DNA from: Eledone cirrhosa | Taxonomy: Eukaryota | Assembly: GCA_964016885.1 (NCBI GenBank) | Contig: OZ024740.1 | Coordinates: 382,664,001 to 382,728,000 of the forward strand | Length of the DNA stretch: 64,000 nucleotides | Direction: 5' to 3' | Position numbers and translations under genes: made by a program | Notes under the pieces: model-generated | Told to the model about the DNA's origin: nothing | What the model saw: the letters and a program-made list of their open reading frames with translations, nothing else | Databases searched by the model: none | In this document: positions 1 through 13,464 of the stretch, one piece after another | How positions within the stretch are numbered: the first letter of the stretch is position 1 | How the letters are laid out: each line of letters begins with the position of its first letter

Positions 1-1340
1 GATTAGAATTAAAGTTCGTTGAGATGGACCACCACCACAAAACACAACTCCATACTTCATCAACACCTACAACACATACCTCCACTCCCCAACCAACAAT
101 AGTGTGTGTGTCTGTGTGTAAGTATTTTTATACATACGGCCGTTTAAGTGTGCGTGCGTGTACGCATATTTATGTGTATGTGTGTGTGTGTATATGTGAA
201 CACATGTGTATACATATATCTATATGTGTGTATATATATATATCTGTATATATGTATGTATGTGTATGCGTATCTGTATGTGTGTGTATATATGTATGTG
301 TATGTATGTGTGTGTGTGTGTACGTCTACATGTATGTATATGGGTGAATCTGACTGTATGTGTAGGTGAGCTCATATATGTGCATGTATGTGTATATGTG
401 CGTGTATGTGTGTGTTGTCTGTACATGTGTGTGTATATATATATATATGTATGTGTGGGTATACGTGTGTGTGAGTGTGTATGTGTATATTTTGCATACA
501 TGAGTGTGAATCCATGTGCCCATACCCATATGTATGTATGTGTATGTATATATGTAAAACACCTTCTACATTGCCTCTCACCTTCCCCCCATCTCTGTCG
601 TTCGCCACCTCCACCGATACACCCCCACTCTCCATATTCATTACCGCATGCGGGCATGCACATACATGTGTGTACATATACATATGGCTGTGTATGAGCG
701 TGTGTCGATATGTGTGGGCAAGGATGTGCGTATGTGTTTTGTGTTGTGTGTGTTTATACGACAATATATGTGCACATATATACATATATGTGTGTGCGTA
801 TACGTTTATACAAAGTATCTGTCAGACAAAGAGCGTCTAGATATGTATCTATGTAAGGACCTTGACGCCACCCAACATCCACCACACCACCACAAACGCC
901 GCTACCATAGACAATGGCACCACTGCCACACCCCCACCCACACGCCAACCCGTCTACTGACAATCCACTAACCTCATACCACAGCCCATCCCACTAAATA
1001 ACCATAACCACCACAATATCATCACATCCACCCCCACATACTCTACACGCCAAGGCCAACCCACCACCCCCACACCACAACCCACCTCATCACCGACCGT
1101 CACCAACATCTCACCATCACACCCACCCCATATACACTACAGGCCAGTACATCGCCTTGATCCATCCCACCAATCAAAACAACTCATTTTTTCAAACTCG
1201 TGAAACTCTGACTTTACCACATAGCATGTATTTCATTTTCTTATAGCATTTTAAGAGGATCCGTCGAGCTACCGATTATTGAGTCGGGTAGGATCGATAT
1301 AGATCGAACCTTGAGCTGATCAGTGGCGAAACGCGCGTCA

Positions 1341-1387
<47 letters not shown>

Positions 1388-1389
<2 letters not shown>

Positions 1390-1578
1390 CGAAGGAAATG
1401 TGGTAAGGAACCAGGTGGACCATAACGCACCAAAGTACTCAATACTTAGGGTAGTAGAGTGGGTAATAGGAACAAGTAAGACCCCGACGGTTGAGCTCAA
1501 GCCGTTTCGACGGCTAATTGAGTACAGAATTAGCCGTCGGAACGGCTTGAGCTCAGCCGTCGGGGCCTTACTTGTTCC

Positions 1579-1581
<3 letters not shown>
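1388..1581 (-). repeat. Fold-back (palindromic) PLE 3'-end fragment carrying the 3' half of a hammerhead
   Basis: Arms 1466-1519 and 1528-1581 are near-perfect reverse complements. 1388-1490 is the reverse complement of 24443-24550. The minus strand reads GAAA-CGGCTTGAGCTCAACCG-TC. Flanked by (TA)n on both sides. Confidence 0.75.
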
Positions 1582-1636
<55 letters not shown>

Positions 1637-2081
1637 TATATTTCGTTTCTGAATTTGTTTAGCAAGATTCTTTATCTGAAATCGTGTGTTGAAACCGATA
1701 TTGTTATACTTTGGGAGGGTCATGTTGCCAATAAGAAACACACGCACTAGATGCTTTCACTTCAATTTATTATATACTAGCAGTAAAGCCCGGCGTTGCT
1801 CGGGGTCGCTCAGTAGCTGTGTTAAAGTTACAATGTTAAGTTTCTTTTTTGGCTTAAAAACTGTAGTGTCTACTGTGCAGACTTGCATGTGGTGTTTTTG
1901 ATTAATATTCCCTCAACCAACAATATGCCTTATGAAGTTAAGAAAACATAACGATAACCCGAATGTTATAACAAAAGAGGATGCTGGGGATAAAAACTGC
2001 ACTGGTTATTTATTAACAAAGATCGAAAATGTAAACACTGCAACGCAGAGAAAAACATTAGCGTAACCAAATTATCAGTTA

Positions 2082-2280
2082 TGTCTGTCTGCACGCCTAT
2101 ATCACCTCTCTGCACGACTGTCTGTCTGCACGCCTATATCACCTCTCTGCACAACTATCTGTCTGCACGCGTATATCACCTCTCTGCACGACTATCTGTC
2201 TGCACGCGTATATCACCTCTCTGCACGACTATCTGTCTGCACGCGTATATCACCTCTCTGCACGACTGTCTGTCTGCACG
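2082..2280. repeat. ~34-bp minisatellite inside the Helitron
   Basis: Five to six copies of CTGTCTGCACGCGTATATCACCTCTCTGCACGACTA-like units. Confidence 0.9.
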
Positions 2281-2469
2281 ACAGAACGTAAGACGCTCAA
2301 TGTAAACATAACAAAGGGAAATAACTCGTCACTTACGCTCAAAAATCGATACATTAGATTCGATTTCGTCACATAGGGAGGGTCAATTTGAAATATTTTT
2401 TTCCGATGTCTTCGCTAGGGCTCAATGTACAAGTATAGCAATTTCGGTGCAATTCCGTCAGAGATTCTA

Positions 2470-3046
2470 AGAGGAGATGTGTGCTAAAAATCGATAGACA
2501 GACAGAAAACCACAGCTTTATATATATAGATGACATAATCAAAAATAAGAACTTATTTGAAAATTTATTTGACCGATGGTTCCGCCGGACCTTCATCTAT
2601 AAGTGTAGCAATTTCACCGAAATTTGAACGTACGGTTTAAGAGGAGATGTGTGCCGAAGGTTTTAGTAGACAGACAGACAACCTCAGTTTTATATATATA
2701 GATGACATAATCAAAAACAAGAACTTATTTGAAAATTTATTTGACCGATGGTTCCGCCGGACCTTCATTTATAAGTGTAGCAATTTCACCGAAATTTGAA
2801 CGTACGGTTTAAGAGGAGATGTGTGCCGAAGGTTTTAGTAGACAGACAGACAACCTCAGTTTTATATATATAGATGACATAATAAAAAACAAGAACTTAT
2901 TTGAAAATTTATTTGACCGATGGTTCCACCGGACCTTCATCTATAAGTGTAGCAATTTCACCGAAATTTGAACGTACGGTTTAAGAGGAGATGTGTGCCG
3001 AAGGTTTTAGTAGACAGACAGACAACCTCAGTTTTATATATATAGA
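2470..3046. repeat. 172-bp tandem repeat (3+ copies) at the Helitron 5' end
   Basis: GATGACATAAT recurs at 2529, 2701 and 2873. Each unit ends in TTTATATATATAGA. Confidence 0.92.
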
Positions 3047-3125
3047 TTTATAAATTTACAAATTTATAAATTTATAAATTTCTGATTGGTTGGTTGGTTC
3101 CACAACCAGATAGTTGTTTATATAT

Positions 3126-3170
3126 AGACATAGTCCTTTCGTCAGACACTCTGTGACCTCTTCAGTGACT
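3126..3170 (-). ncRNA. Type I minimal hammerhead ribozyme (family A, inverted-arm copy)
   Basis: AGTCA-CTGAAGA-G-GTCACAGAGTGTCTGAC-GAAA-GGAC-TA-TGTCT, with one mismatch each in stems I and II. Confidence 0.55.
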
Positions 3171-3504
3171 CGGGATTCCTTTCTTTGTCTCCGTGCCTCT
3201 GCTTTGTTCTCTCCTACGCAATTTTGTTTCTGTGTGTGTGCTGTGTGCTCAGTTTGCGCATGCGCCACATCCGAGTGTCTGTGTGTGTTTATGTTCATTT
3301 ATCTATTTGGTTATTTATTTATTTATTTACATGTTATTGGTTGGTTGTTTGTTCTATGTGTGTGTGTGTTTTCATTTTGTCCTTAATTGTAAGTTGTGAT
3401 GTTTTACAGTTAATATGGGGGCTTATTTTACAGGTTATACATTTCTTATCTATACATGAGGGTCTTTGGAAAAGGTATGTCTTGCTAATAAGTGTTTTTA
3501 CGGA

Positions 3505-4036
3505 GTTCATCGATACAACCCCTAGAGGCGAACTAGCCTATACATTTAGAAGGGCCCTAAATAAACATAAACTCAATATTAAGATAGTAGAAAGACCAGG
3601 TACCTCCGTAAAAACACTTATTAGCAAGACATACCCTTTCCAAAGACCCTCATGTATAGATAAGAAATGTATAACCTGTAAAATAAGCCCCCATATTAAC
3701 TGTAAAACTAGAAATATGGTGTATAGCATAAGATGTACTGAAGGACAATGTAGAAACAAAAATATAGTGTACATAGGTGAGACAGCTCGTAGTATAGGGG
3801 AACGGATAAATGAACACTGGCGAGACCTTCAAGATAATAAAGAATCATCTGTACTCTACCAACATGCTAAGATAGAACACAAGGGTAAATTAGAGAACAT
3901 AGAAATAAAAATAGAATCTACACACAGAAAAGATGCAATGTTTAGACAAATTACAGAGGCAATAAACATAAAAGAATTACAACCAAAATTAAATACAAAA
4001 TATGAGTGGAACAGCAACATCACAACTTACAATTAA
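3505..4036 (+). pseudogene. PLE ORF C-terminus: Cys-rich linker plus GIY-YIG endonuclease (Nematis-like)
   Basis: IKIVERPGTS...CIDKKCITC...CKTRNMVYSIRC...VYIGETARSIGERINEH...RQITEAINI...PKLN. The N-terminal part of the 283-aa track ORF comes from the inverted arm and is not real. Confidence 0.88.
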
Positions 4037-4248
4037 GGACAAAATGAAAACACACACACACATAGAACAAACAACCAACCAATAACATGTAAATAAATAA
4101 ATAAATAAACAAATAGATAAATGAACATAAACACACACAGACACCCGGATGTGGCGCATGCGCAAACTGAGCACACAAGACACACACAAAAACAAAATGG
4201 CGTAGAACAGAACAAAGGAGAGGCACGGAGACAAAGAAAGGAATCCTC

Positions 4249-4293
4249 AGTCACTGAAGAGGTCACAGAGTGTGTGACGAAAGGACTATGACT
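4249..4293 (+). ncRNA. Type I minimal hammerhead ribozyme (family A)
   Basis: Stem I AGTCA/TGACT, core CTGAAGA, extra G, stem II GTCAC/GTGAC, GAAA, minimal stem III (GGAC loop), cleavage after CUA. Confidence 0.7.
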
Positions 4294-4575
4294 ATATATA
4301 AACAACTATCTGGTTGTGGAACCAACCAACCAACCAGGAATTTATAAATTCATGAATTTGTAAATTTATAAATATATAATAAATTGAAGTGAAAGCAACT
4401 GGAGCGTGTGTTTCTTATTGGCAACATGACCCTCCCAAAGTATAACAATATATATATATATATATATAGTTAAGCAAAAGAAGACCACAAATTTCACAAG
4501 GAAGACATTATTAAAAGATTTTCAACATATTTTAGTTTGATGTAAGGAATCTAGAGAATAATAATATTAATAATA

Positions 4576-4760
4576 ATTGTTTCTACTTTAGGCACAAGGC
4601 CAGCAAATACCCAGTGCATTACTGGTACTTTATTTTATCGACCCCGTAAGGATGAAAGGCAAAGTCAACCTCGGCGGGATTTAAACTCATATCGTAAAGG
4701 GACGTAACTATGCTGGAAAGCATGGCGTCCGACTCTCTACCGATACTGCCAATCCACCGC
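4576..4760 (-). mobile_element. tRNA-derived SINE, family 1
   Basis: Minus strand has A box TGGCAGTATCGG, B box-like GAGTTTAAATCC and body GCCTTTCATCCTTACGGGGTCGATAAAATAAAGTACC (Meta-domain-like). Five or more copies in the window. Confidence 0.85.
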
Positions 4761-5869
4761 TTTTACAATTGTTACGCTACTCCATATAATATTTCTGGAT
4801 CAGATGACTATATATCATAATTGATCTGGTTCAGTTGAAAATACTTAACATATTTAAAGGACAGAGCGGCTCATCGGAACTTCAAAGGAATATATATTAA
4901 AAAAAATGAGATAATGTTACATAATATAATGTTCCATATATTGGTTTTTACTATGGTGTCTTGGTTGCATCATTTGTCAGCCATAATCAAGCAGTATTCA
5001 TCTGTCGAGGCTGCATTGTGTGAGATGTGCCTATGGGTAACAAGATGGCTGCCAAAGGGCATATTTACCTTACTAATTAGAGGGTGGTTTCAGGGGAAGT
5101 AACTTCTCGAGAGATTAAAAATTGTGGGTGTTTGTAGTTAAGTGCTAATTTTTAAATGTGTTTAATTGAGAGACAATATAGGGGAGGTAACTTAAAATTA
5201 TCGAGTTGTTCATAGCAATTTAACTTATTAGCGACAAGTAAAAATGGGGCTACATGACTAAGTTGGGTAAAAAAAAAAAATATATATATATATATATATG
5301 TGATAATTATTGCTATTTTGCTGAACTCCTTTGTAGAGTTTTTTTTTCATAATGTATTTGACTGCTATTTCTTGTAAATAAAATTTCACTTCCATCCTGA
5401 CGTCACTAGCCACGTTTTTTCCTCATGTGCTTTTTCATAAATACACATGAAGGCGAACTAGCCAGTTTTAGAATTCCCTTTTTCGGATTATATTACTGTG
5501 AGAGCCCTGGTTTCTGTTGTGCTCTGCTGATGAATGAAATCCAACCGTGACCATCTCCACTGAAAATTTTCATGAAATAGTCTTTTAAGACTATACAGAG
5601 CATTTGATGTTATTCCAAATTGAAGGATAAGTGTTTCAAACTTTATTTTATCATGAGTTAAAGGTCTATAGATTTTTCCCTGGATTTTCCTAAATTCTGT
5701 GGATGAATTTATATCCTGATTCTCTTTTGAGATGAGTTTGAGTTATTTTTCCTAAATCTTTCGTTAACTATTTTTCCCATCTTGACGTTATAGTCGCATA
5801 TATGTTATAGAATGCCGTTAGCTTCTTGCTAAAACAATCTCTATACCTCTCATTTATATATATATATAT

Positions 5870-7061
<1,192 letters not shown>

Positions 7062-7899
7062 ATATATAATATATATATAAACATATATATAAGCATGTGC
7101 ATGATTATGTTTCTGTATTCTTGCGCTCAAGACTTATCTAGTAATGATTTTTTAAATAATGTTTTGCCACCAGATTAAAAGTTGATATATTGTCCGTCTC
7201 TGTCTTGGTTTGCTTGTACATATGGCTGTGTAATAAACATATGTTGATAGATAAAGAAAGAGAGAGACGTAGAGTGGATGGAATGTGAGAGACACACATG
7301 GCACAATCAAACAACGAAATTTATTTTAACATCAGGTCAGAAATGTGTCGCCGTCAATTTATTTATTTCTCATCTCTGTCTCCTACCTTTGAGAGAATTT
7401 CTTGACTATATTGAACTTTTAAGATTTAACCTTAGTCTTATATATTATATTGAATTGTCTATCTTTATCGCTGGGAATTAAAAAGCGTAGAATTGATTGG
7501 TTTTGTCGCTTGCCCAAGTAAATAAAGTCTCAAAAGTTTTATTTTACAAGATTTCATTGTTTCTCCAATTTGTGCTATCCAACTGATGTGTATTTTCAAA
7601 ATATGGCTATCTTATTCTTTTTTTTTATGTTGTTATTGGATTAAATTTAATTTTGAATTCATTGGCGCCATTTTTATTATAGAAGCTCTTTTTAGTTATT
7701 ATTTTTTTTAAAATATCACTTTCAATGTATGTTTAAAAATAGACCAATGAATATACAAATATAATGCATTCATGCCTAGCTTAAAGCACATGATTAAAAG
7801 AAGGAACATAACCCTAAAACAACACAAAGAAGTATGGAAAGGCAATTGTGCGTAATAAAAAATAAAACGGACAATTTGGTGATTTAATGGTACGCATAT

Positions 7900-7932
<33 letters not shown>

Positions 7933-7944
7933 GATCGATAGATC

Positions 7945-7976
<32 letters not shown>

Positions 7977-8254
7977 CTGGGCGTTAACAGTTTAGACTAA
8001 GACCATTGTTTAGTTATATAAATTGTAAGTTTGAAGAACAGTCAGATAAAATATACCTAATTTAAATGTAACTTTGAAAAATAACAGATAAATGACACAG
8101 ACTATCCTCCGCAAGGAATAGTTATATAAAATTTACCCAATCTTTCCTCTTATCCCCTAGAAATTAACTAGACCAAAAATCAATTAAACTGAGCTAAGTC
8201 TACAATGTAAGTTTGAAGAAAATATGTATATAAACTTTACCAAAATTTTTCGAG

Positions 8255-8337
8255 ACCCGACTATCGATACTTTCGTCCGTACTTTGTGGATATGTCCAAT
8301 CCTGGTATTATCCATGAGGTTTCGATCTTCTGAAGAG
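8255..8337 (-). ncRNA. Degenerate hammerhead (family H homolog, CAGAAGA core)
   Basis: CAGAAGA...GAC-GAAA-GTATCGATAG-TC. Aligns with 61635-61719 and 49498-49576; stem I weak. Confidence 0.35.
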
Positions 8338-8683
8338 ACCCCTCAAGTTAGGACTAAAATTTCTCAGTGATCGCCGCCAGAAATGAATTCAAAATGGGTA
8401 AGAATTACCACGAGGCCAGCGGTAAGAGTAGAAGACTCTGAATGGCAGACCGGAATGTAGGTAGGATGGCTGCTAGAAGGAGCATTTAGATCCCGCCTAA
8501 GGTTTACTCGACCGAACGGTATATAGAATAAATTCATAGGGATATATATCTATATATTTAGACATAGTCACAGATACATATATGAGTGTGGCTACCTTTC
8601 ACGGTGTGTGGCTCAATGAAAAAAATAATTAAGTAAATAATTATTAATCAGAGCAATATGAAATTGTAGGTATTTAACTTTTA

Positions 8684-8725
<42 letters not shown>

Positions 8726-8769
8726 TGTATATATATATATATACATATATGTATATATATATATATAAA

Positions 8770-8801
<32 letters not shown>

Positions 8802-8947
8802 AATATATATATATATGCAAAAGTTCTATTTAAAGTTGTTGGGATACAACAAGTAAATATTTTTATAACTGATATAAAGCACTCGACAAGATTTTGGAGT
8901 AGATATACGATATTAATAAATGGAAACTATATTTATAAAACCATATT

Positions 8948-9012
8948 TATTTCATTATACATATTTCAGGGATACCACATTAAATTATGGTATGCCTTCA
9001 TCAGACAAAATA
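8948..9012 (-). ncRNA. Type I hammerhead (family B, inverted-arm copy)
   Basis: Reverse complement of 12150-12214. Confidence 0.7.
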
Positions 9013-9999
9013 CAATATATAACAGTTTTACAAATAGCTTTGACGTACCCTTTTAAAATGCAACCATTACTTTTGGAGGCTGTCTGGATAGTGATTTGTT
9101 TATATTATTTTAATAAGTCATAGTGTTAAGGACAATTAGAAAAAGACGGAGAGAAAGAAAAAAAAGAAAAAAAAAACGGAGAGAGAGAAAGAAAACCTGG
9201 AGAAATATCTGAGAGAGAGAGAAATGTATTGTGAAAAGAAAGACATAAATAAAGATAGGAGGAAATAAAAAAGAAAGAAAAAAGGAAGAAGTAAGAAAAA
9301 CAAAGGAAAGCAACAGAGATATATCAAGTCATCATACAGATAGAGAAACTCAAGAGAGAGAAATACTATATAGAGAGAGGGGGAGACAATGAAAACTTTA
9401 AGTCATGTCATATTAAGTTGAGTTCACAATCTATATGAAATGAATAATAAAAATATAAATATCTATATTCATGAATGGGACATAGATATATAATATGAGA
9501 AATTAAACATTGTTCAATAATGACTATATGTTTAGTTTAAAAACTTGAGATCAATATACCAAAATCTGAGTTAAATCGTTCAAAATGTACCCTTTCTATA
9601 GAGATCAGTATCTTATGCAAAGACATACAAATATATATGTATATATATATATACACACATACGCACGTCCTGAAAATAGAAATTATGTTTACTCAAGCCA
9701 ACAATATAGCCATACAAAACGTAAATGATTTCTCTTAATTACTGCTATACATTCCTTGTGTTATAAAAAGTTCACAGTATATATACATAAATATATACGA
9801 TTAATATTCATGTCCTCGTATATACGATTACCATTCATGTATTTAATATTATGCATATCTGCAACATACCTCTCACCCACATAGATATATATACATACAT
9901 ATATACACATACATATGTATAAATAAATATCTGCGTGCGTCCTCCCGCATCGTTCATGTATATATACAGACATATATACAAACACAAAAAAAAAAGCTC

Positions 10000-10611
10000 T
10001 TGACAAACGCTTCCCTAGAACACATAAATATTACTCAATTTTTAATAGACACACTATAAAATTAACTTACTCGTCCACCAAAATTTAGCACAAAATATTA
10101 ATAGAATTAATAATAGGAATTTAAAACCTAACCAAAATACCAATAATAACCCAAACAATATTCAATTAAATAACTGTAACTGGAGAAATAAATCTAACTG
10201 TCCGTTAAATAACAACTGCTTAGCTAAAAATGTAGTGTACAATTGTAATGTTAAAACTAATTTAAATTCATTTAACTATGTTGGTTCCACCTCTACAGAA
10301 TTTAATTTTCGCTTCAATAATCATAAGAATTCTTTCACAGATCCAAACAAAAAATCTTCAACTTCGCTATCTAGCCTACTATGGGACCTAAAACGAGATA
10401 ATATAAAATATTCGATGAATTGGAATATTATTTCAAAGCTACTCCTTTTAATTCCTCTTCAGAAAATTGTGATCTTTGTATTGAAGAAATATTCTTTATA
10501 TTAAAGTCCAAAAATTCCCTTAATCTAAGGAACAATTTATTCAATTGCTGCAGACATAGATTGAACTCAACGTTTAAATATAAATATAAATTTAAAATGC
10601 AGTATAATTAA
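10000..10611 (+). pseudogene. Frameshifted Naiad-type ORF C-terminus (Zn linker plus GIY-YIG)
   Basis: DKRFPRTHKYYSIFNRHTIKLTYSS / NCNWRNKSNCPLNNNCL..VVYNC...YVGSTSTEFNFRFNNHKNSF / CDLCIEE...LNLRNNLFNCCRH. Confidence 0.88.
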
Positions 10612-12149
10612 TTAAGTAATTTAGTTAATATATGAAACCTGTCGATAAATCATTAGATTCCTTCACCTTTTTCTTCTTAAACTTTCTTCCTAAATATAAA
10701 CATGGATATAATAAACTACTCTAAAATGTCTATACTTCCAATGTATTAAATAAAATTATACGTAAGATAACTTTCTATACTAAATATAAGGTTTATCTGT
10801 AGAATCATTGGGTTTTTTAAATCTTTTAAATTATTTTTATTTATTTGTTTTGATTCTGATAGCTTCTCATAACTTTCATAAGTCTACCCTTTCAATATCT
10901 TGATTGAGATATACGTAGGATAAATTTCTATACTAAATATATAAAACATATTATTTTAACTTAAGATACTCTATAGTGTTTTAAAGATATTTAATGCTTT
11001 GATATTTCTAGATTTCGTTTGACTATACTAATATTTTCCTTTGGTATTTTAAATTTATATTGTTATACTTATATTTACAAGTTATAATCCTTTAGTAATA
11101 TATTGATATTTGATTATCTCTATACAAATGCATATGTGTGTATTAACATTCACATAAAGTGTTATAGTTTTTTTTGTTTTTTTTTGTGTTTGTATATATG
11201 TCTGTATATATATATGAGCGATGCGGGAGGGCGCACGCAGATATTTATTTATATATATGTATGTGTATATATGTATGTATATATATCTATGTGGGTGAGA
11301 GGTATGTTGCAGATATGCATAATATTAAATACATGAATGGTAATCGTATATACGAGGACATGAATATTAATCGTATATATTTATGTATATATACTGTAAA
11401 CTTTTTATAACACAAGGAATGTATAGCAGTAATTAAGAGAAATCATTTACGTTTTGTATGGTTATATTGTTGGCTTGAGTAAACATAATTTCTATTTTCA
11501 GGACGTGCGTATGTGTGTATATATATATACATATATATTTGTATGTCTTTGCATAAGATACTGATCTCTATAGAAAGGGTACATTTTGAACGATTTAACT
11601 CAGATTTTGGTATATTGATCTCAAGTTTTTAAACTAAACATATAGTCATTCTTGAACAATGTTTAATTTCTCATATTATATATCTATGTCCCATTCATGA
11701 ATATAGATATTTATATTTTTATTATTCATTTCATATAGATTGTGAACTCAACTTAATATGACATGACGTAAAGTTGTCTCCCCCTCTCTCTATATAGTAT
11801 TTCTCTCTCTTGAGTTTCTCTATCTGTATGATGACTTGATATATCTCTGTTGCTTTCCTTTGTTTTTCTTACTTCTTCCTTTTTTCTTTCTTTTTTATTT
11901 CCTCCTATCTTTATTTATGTCTTTCTTTTCACAATACATTTCTCTCTCTCTCCGATATTTCTCCAGGTTTTCTTTCTCTCTCTCCGTTCTTTTTCGTTTT
12001 TTTCTTTCTCTCCGTCTTTTTCTAATTGTCCTTAACACTATGACTTATTAAAATAATATAAACAAAATCACTATCCAGACAGCCTCCAAAAGTAATGGTT
12101 GCATTTTAAAAGGGTACGTCAAAGCTATTTGTAAAACTGTTATATATTG

Positions 12150-12214
12150 TATTTTGTCTGATGAAGGCATACCATAATTTAATGTGGTATCCCTGAAATA
12201 TGTATAATGAAATA
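12150..12214 (+). ncRNA. Type I hammerhead (family B)
   Basis: TATTTTGT-CTGATGA-AGGCATACCATA..TGTGGTATCCCT-GAAA-TATGTA-TA-ATGAAATA. Confidence 0.72.
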
Positions 12215-12258
12215 AATATGGTTTTATAAATATAGTTTCCATTTAGTAATATCGTATA

Positions 12259-12354
<96 letters not shown>

Positions 12355-12410
12355 TATATACATATATATACATATATATACACATATATATATATAATAT
12401 ACATATATAT

Positions 12411-12469
<59 letters not shown>

Positions 12470-12470
<1 letters not shown>

Positions 12471-12755
12471 GATAAAGTATGTCCATAGAATCATTTGATA
12501 AAATATATACATTACTTCCGCTCACAATCAGCATAGTCAATCACACAAAAACCAATTAAACAAGGCTATAAGATTAAAAGGCACCTATGTAGAAATAATA
12601 TATAAATAAACGATAGCTATCTATCCGCGATCAACAGCCATACAATATTTACCCAGCATTTCTAATAGCACGTGAAAATTGATTAGATATATCGTCAACC
12701 ATACACAATTAGGTACACAATCAAAGTTATAAGAAAAAATGTATATACGCATACC

Positions 12756-12760
<5 letters not shown>
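12470..12760 (-). repeat. Dispersed repeat family H tail (also 49195-49490 and 61340-61630)
   Basis: Shared GTCCATAGAATYATTTGATA...AGGCTATAAGATTAAAAGGCACCTATG...CAATTAGGTA blocks. Confidence 0.8.
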
Positions 12761-12808
<48 letters not shown>

Positions 12809-12871
12809 GTCCCAAGGCTCTGATACCAACAACACTATAAACATAGAGCTGGCATATCTAAGAACTGACTA

Positions 12872-12927
12872 ACTGCCTGATGAGGTCATAGCCATTCAAT
12901 GGCTATCATCGAAATATATATAGCAGT
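12872..12927 (+). ncRNA. Type I hammerhead (family C), canonical core
   Basis: ACTGC-CTGATGA-GGTCATAGCCATTCAATGGCTATCATC-GAAA-TATATA-TA-GCAGT. Lies in a solo fragment (12805-12970) of the 3' end of the 35-37 kb element. Confidence 0.88.
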
Positions 12928-13194
12928 AAATAAAGGAATATGAGTTCATCCAATTGACTTATGTTTCGTAACTATATATATATTTTGAGTTAAGAACTCA
13001 GGGTAGTATCTTACAATTAAATAGCTCTATGAAAAATGCTTTTCCAACCGTACAATATAATTGAATAAACAAGAGAGATGAACACTAATATAAACATACA
13101 TGTGTTCGAATCGTAAGGACCAAAGTTTTTTAGGGTAAAAAAATACTAACTACAGCAATATAGTTTGTTATCCTTAACTTTAAATATAAAATTA

Positions 13195-13289
<95 letters not shown>

Positions 13290-13396
13290 CATATATCTAT
13301 ATATCTATATACATATATGTATACATATATTTATATATATATGTTACATATATATATATATATATATAATGTATAATAAACAATACAATATAATTA

Positions 13397-13464
13397 CCTC
13401 ATTACCAGAGGTTTCCCGAATAAGACGAATACGATAAACGTCCTCATTCGTTCGTCGGACAAGG
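13397..13464 (-). ncRNA. Type I hammerhead with CCGACGA core (family F)
   Basis: CCTTGT-CCGACGA-A-CGAATGAGGACG..CGTCTTATTCG-G-GAAA-CCTCTGG-TA-ATGAGG. Confidence 0.65.

Larger units (their letters stand above)
1777..3046 (-). mobile_element. Non-autonomous Helitron (Lep1-like)
   Basis: Minus strand starts TC (3046), ends CTAG (1777) and has a subterminal hairpin CCCGAGCAACGCCGGG. Inserted between A and T with no TSD: removing it restores the reverse complement of ~4350-4400. Internal GACAGACA motifs. Confidence 0.85.
1698..4450 (+). mobile_element. 5'-truncated Penelope-like element (Nematis-like) with inverted 5' tail, interrupted by a Helitron
   Basis: Left arm (1698-1776 plus 3047-3400) is the reverse complement of 4017-4450, and 3401-3504 is the reverse complement of 3603-3707. 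GIY-YIG coding region 3505-4036 and hammerhead 4249-4293. Confidence 0.85.
8902..12258 (+). mobile_element. 5'-truncated Naiad-type PLE with ~1.1-kb inverted tail
   Basis: 8902-9994 is the reverse complement of ~11175-12258. The unique centre encodes the RT thumb/GIY-YIG region. Hammerhead in both arms. Confidence 0.88.

Noticed and set aside
1310-1345. Hammerhead at CTGATCA-GTGGC-GAAACGCGCGTC
   Set aside because: The palindromic stem III is suggestive, but G8 is changed and stem I does not pair; at best a remnant.
2082-2280. CRISPR-like array
   Set aside because: Contiguous tandem units with no unique spacers, no cas genes and a eukaryotic context.
3185-3504. Hydrophobic N-terminus of the 283-aa ORF as a membrane-anchored nuclease
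   Set aside because: It is the antisense reading of the inverted arm, joined in frame by chance.
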